Of a DNA stretch of 64,000 nucleotides, positions 62,731-64,000 are shown piece after piece (positions within the stretch are counted from its first letter, which is position 1; each line of letters begins with the position of its first letter). This DNA is from Prochlorococcus sp. AG-355-B18 (GTDB taxonomy: Bacteria; Cyanobacteriota; Cyanobacteriia; PCC-6307; Cyanobiaceae), in contig QCDI01000001.1 in assembly GCA_003280965.1 (NCBI GenBank), positions 210,391 through 274,390 on the forward strand. The letters run 5' to 3'. The notes beneath the pieces are model-generated. The model worked only from the letters and a program-made list of their open reading frames with translations. It was not told where the DNA came from and made no database searches. A program made the position numbers and the translations under genes.

Positions 62731-64000
62731 GAGTCACCAGTTATTGATAATTGATCTACCCATATATGTGGAGACACTCCACTAGTTGTCACTTCCTGGT
62801 TTGATTCAATATTTACTATATTTTTAAAAAGATATTTTATATCCCCTGCTATAGTTGCAGATTCTATTGAAATTTTTGTAGTGTTTTTGTAAAGCCATCC
62901 ATCAAATGGAAGAGAGAACGAACCTTGACTTGCTCTTACGCCTGCATGGATTGCATTTAATTCTTCAATATAAACAAATTCTCCATCATAATTAAGATGG
63001 TTAAGTGATGTTTTTAGATCATAGTCACCATTTGATTTCTCAACTACTAACCAATCAGGAGATACTGAGACTTTTGATCCAAGTCCAGCGTGGCCAGTGG
63101 GGATAGTTTTAAAAATTCTTGCAGTTGATTCAGAGTGTATGAAATTTTCAATTTTCCCCTTATTTATTAAACATAGTCTTTTGGTAGGGGTTCCTTCTCC
63201 ATCAAATGGTGATGAAGAAATGTTTTTTTCGTGAAGACCATCATCATAAATATTAAGTGCTTCTGTCGATAGTTTCTCTCCAATGGAGTTTTTATTAGAT
63301 AGGCTCACCCCATCTAGAATGCTTCTAGCATTAAACATTGAACTAAAGGCATTAATCATCGTCAGAAATGCTTCTGGTGAAAAACATATTAAATATTTTT
63401 CTGTTTTAATTGGTGAATAATTAAGATGAGATATTGTTTTATTTGAGGCCTCTTCAATACACGATCCTATATCAATATCATCAACTCCATATCCAAGTTT
63501 TACAGAACCTGAACTTCGAGGTTTCTTATTTTTCTCTTCCGCTCTCGCATATAAATATAGTGCAGCTTGACTTTTAGTATAACTTCGAAAGGCACCATCA
63601 CTATTTGCGTAAACTCTCTCAAAGAAACTCTCGGATAGACCATTATATGGAACAGATTTTATTGATTCATGACTTTTAATTAGTTTTACTTCTGCTTCTC
63701 TTAAAAGCATAAGTAATTTTTTTATTCCAACAGGATTTCTTTTCTTAAATTCCTTAACTTTAATAGGATCCTTCGCTAGTGGTGAAAATTCAGTGCTTTC
63801 ATTCTTATTACCAAAATCAGAAGCTATATTTGCTTGATTTAGAGCCTTTTTAATACCAGATTCACTAATATCACTTGTTGTAGTAATACCTACTAGATTA
63901 GATTCGTTCCAAACTCTTATAGTTAAAACTTGCTTTTGTGAGGCTTTAAGTTGTTTAGCATCACCTTTATCTACTTGTACAGAATAGTCATTAGAAAAGC
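62727..64000 (-). CDS. TldD/PmbA family protein, 5'-partial
   Basis: PFDGEG, PTGHA, GSFSLP; frame open to the window end. Confidence 0.9.
   Translation of the reverse strand, partial: FSNDYSVQVDKGDAKQLKASQKQVLTIRVWNESNLVGITTTSDISESGIKKALNQANIASDFGNKNESTEFSPLAKDPIKVKEFKKRNPVGIKKLLMLLREAEVKLIKSHESIKSVPYNGLSESFFERVYANSDGAFRSYTKSQAALYLYARAEEKNKKPRSSGSVKLGYGVDDIDIGSCIEEASNKTISHLNYSPIKTEKYLICFSPEAFLTMINAFSSMFNARSILDGVSLSNKNSIGEKLSTEALNIYDDGLHEKNISSSPFDGEGTPTKRLCLINKGKIENFIHSESTARIFKTIPTGHAGLGSKVSVSPDWLVVEKSNGDYDLKTSLNHLNYDGEFVYIEELNAIHAGVRASQGSFSLPFDGWLYKNTTKISIESATIAGDIKYLFKNIVNIESNQEVTTSGVSPHIWVDQLSITGDS

Overview
AT-rich picocyanobacterial chromosome segment. Gene content, gene order and composition suggest a high-light Prochlorococcus (inferred). 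Bases 1-35 kb are a small-gene-rich region mixing core genes (dusB, gpx, purT, pepN, rpsU, an ABC-2 exporter) with many micro-proteins and several disrupted genes. Bases 39-64 kb are core genes (asparaginase, rsfS, carB, tpiA, folP, chlH, dapB, mfd, terC-like, fmt, partial pmbA). The main accessory feature is a ~3.4 kb phage-satellite/tycheposon-like remnant (35457-38849) integrated at the 3' end of the initiator tRNA-Met. It carries a tyrosine integrase, an HTH excisionase-like gene and a 5'-truncated HK97-type major capsid gene that breaks exactly at the 9-bp att core. It also carries a predicted three-way-junction/pseudoknot RNA and two unrelated cargo genes, each bracketed by the same 5' repeat and the same 3' repeat, the latter encoding a signal-peptide stub (MKRL[V/L]LAPL). 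This cassette-like arrangement is the best candidate for an undescribed system. No database searches or folding programs were run; family calls come from motif recognition and RNA pairings were checked by hand.
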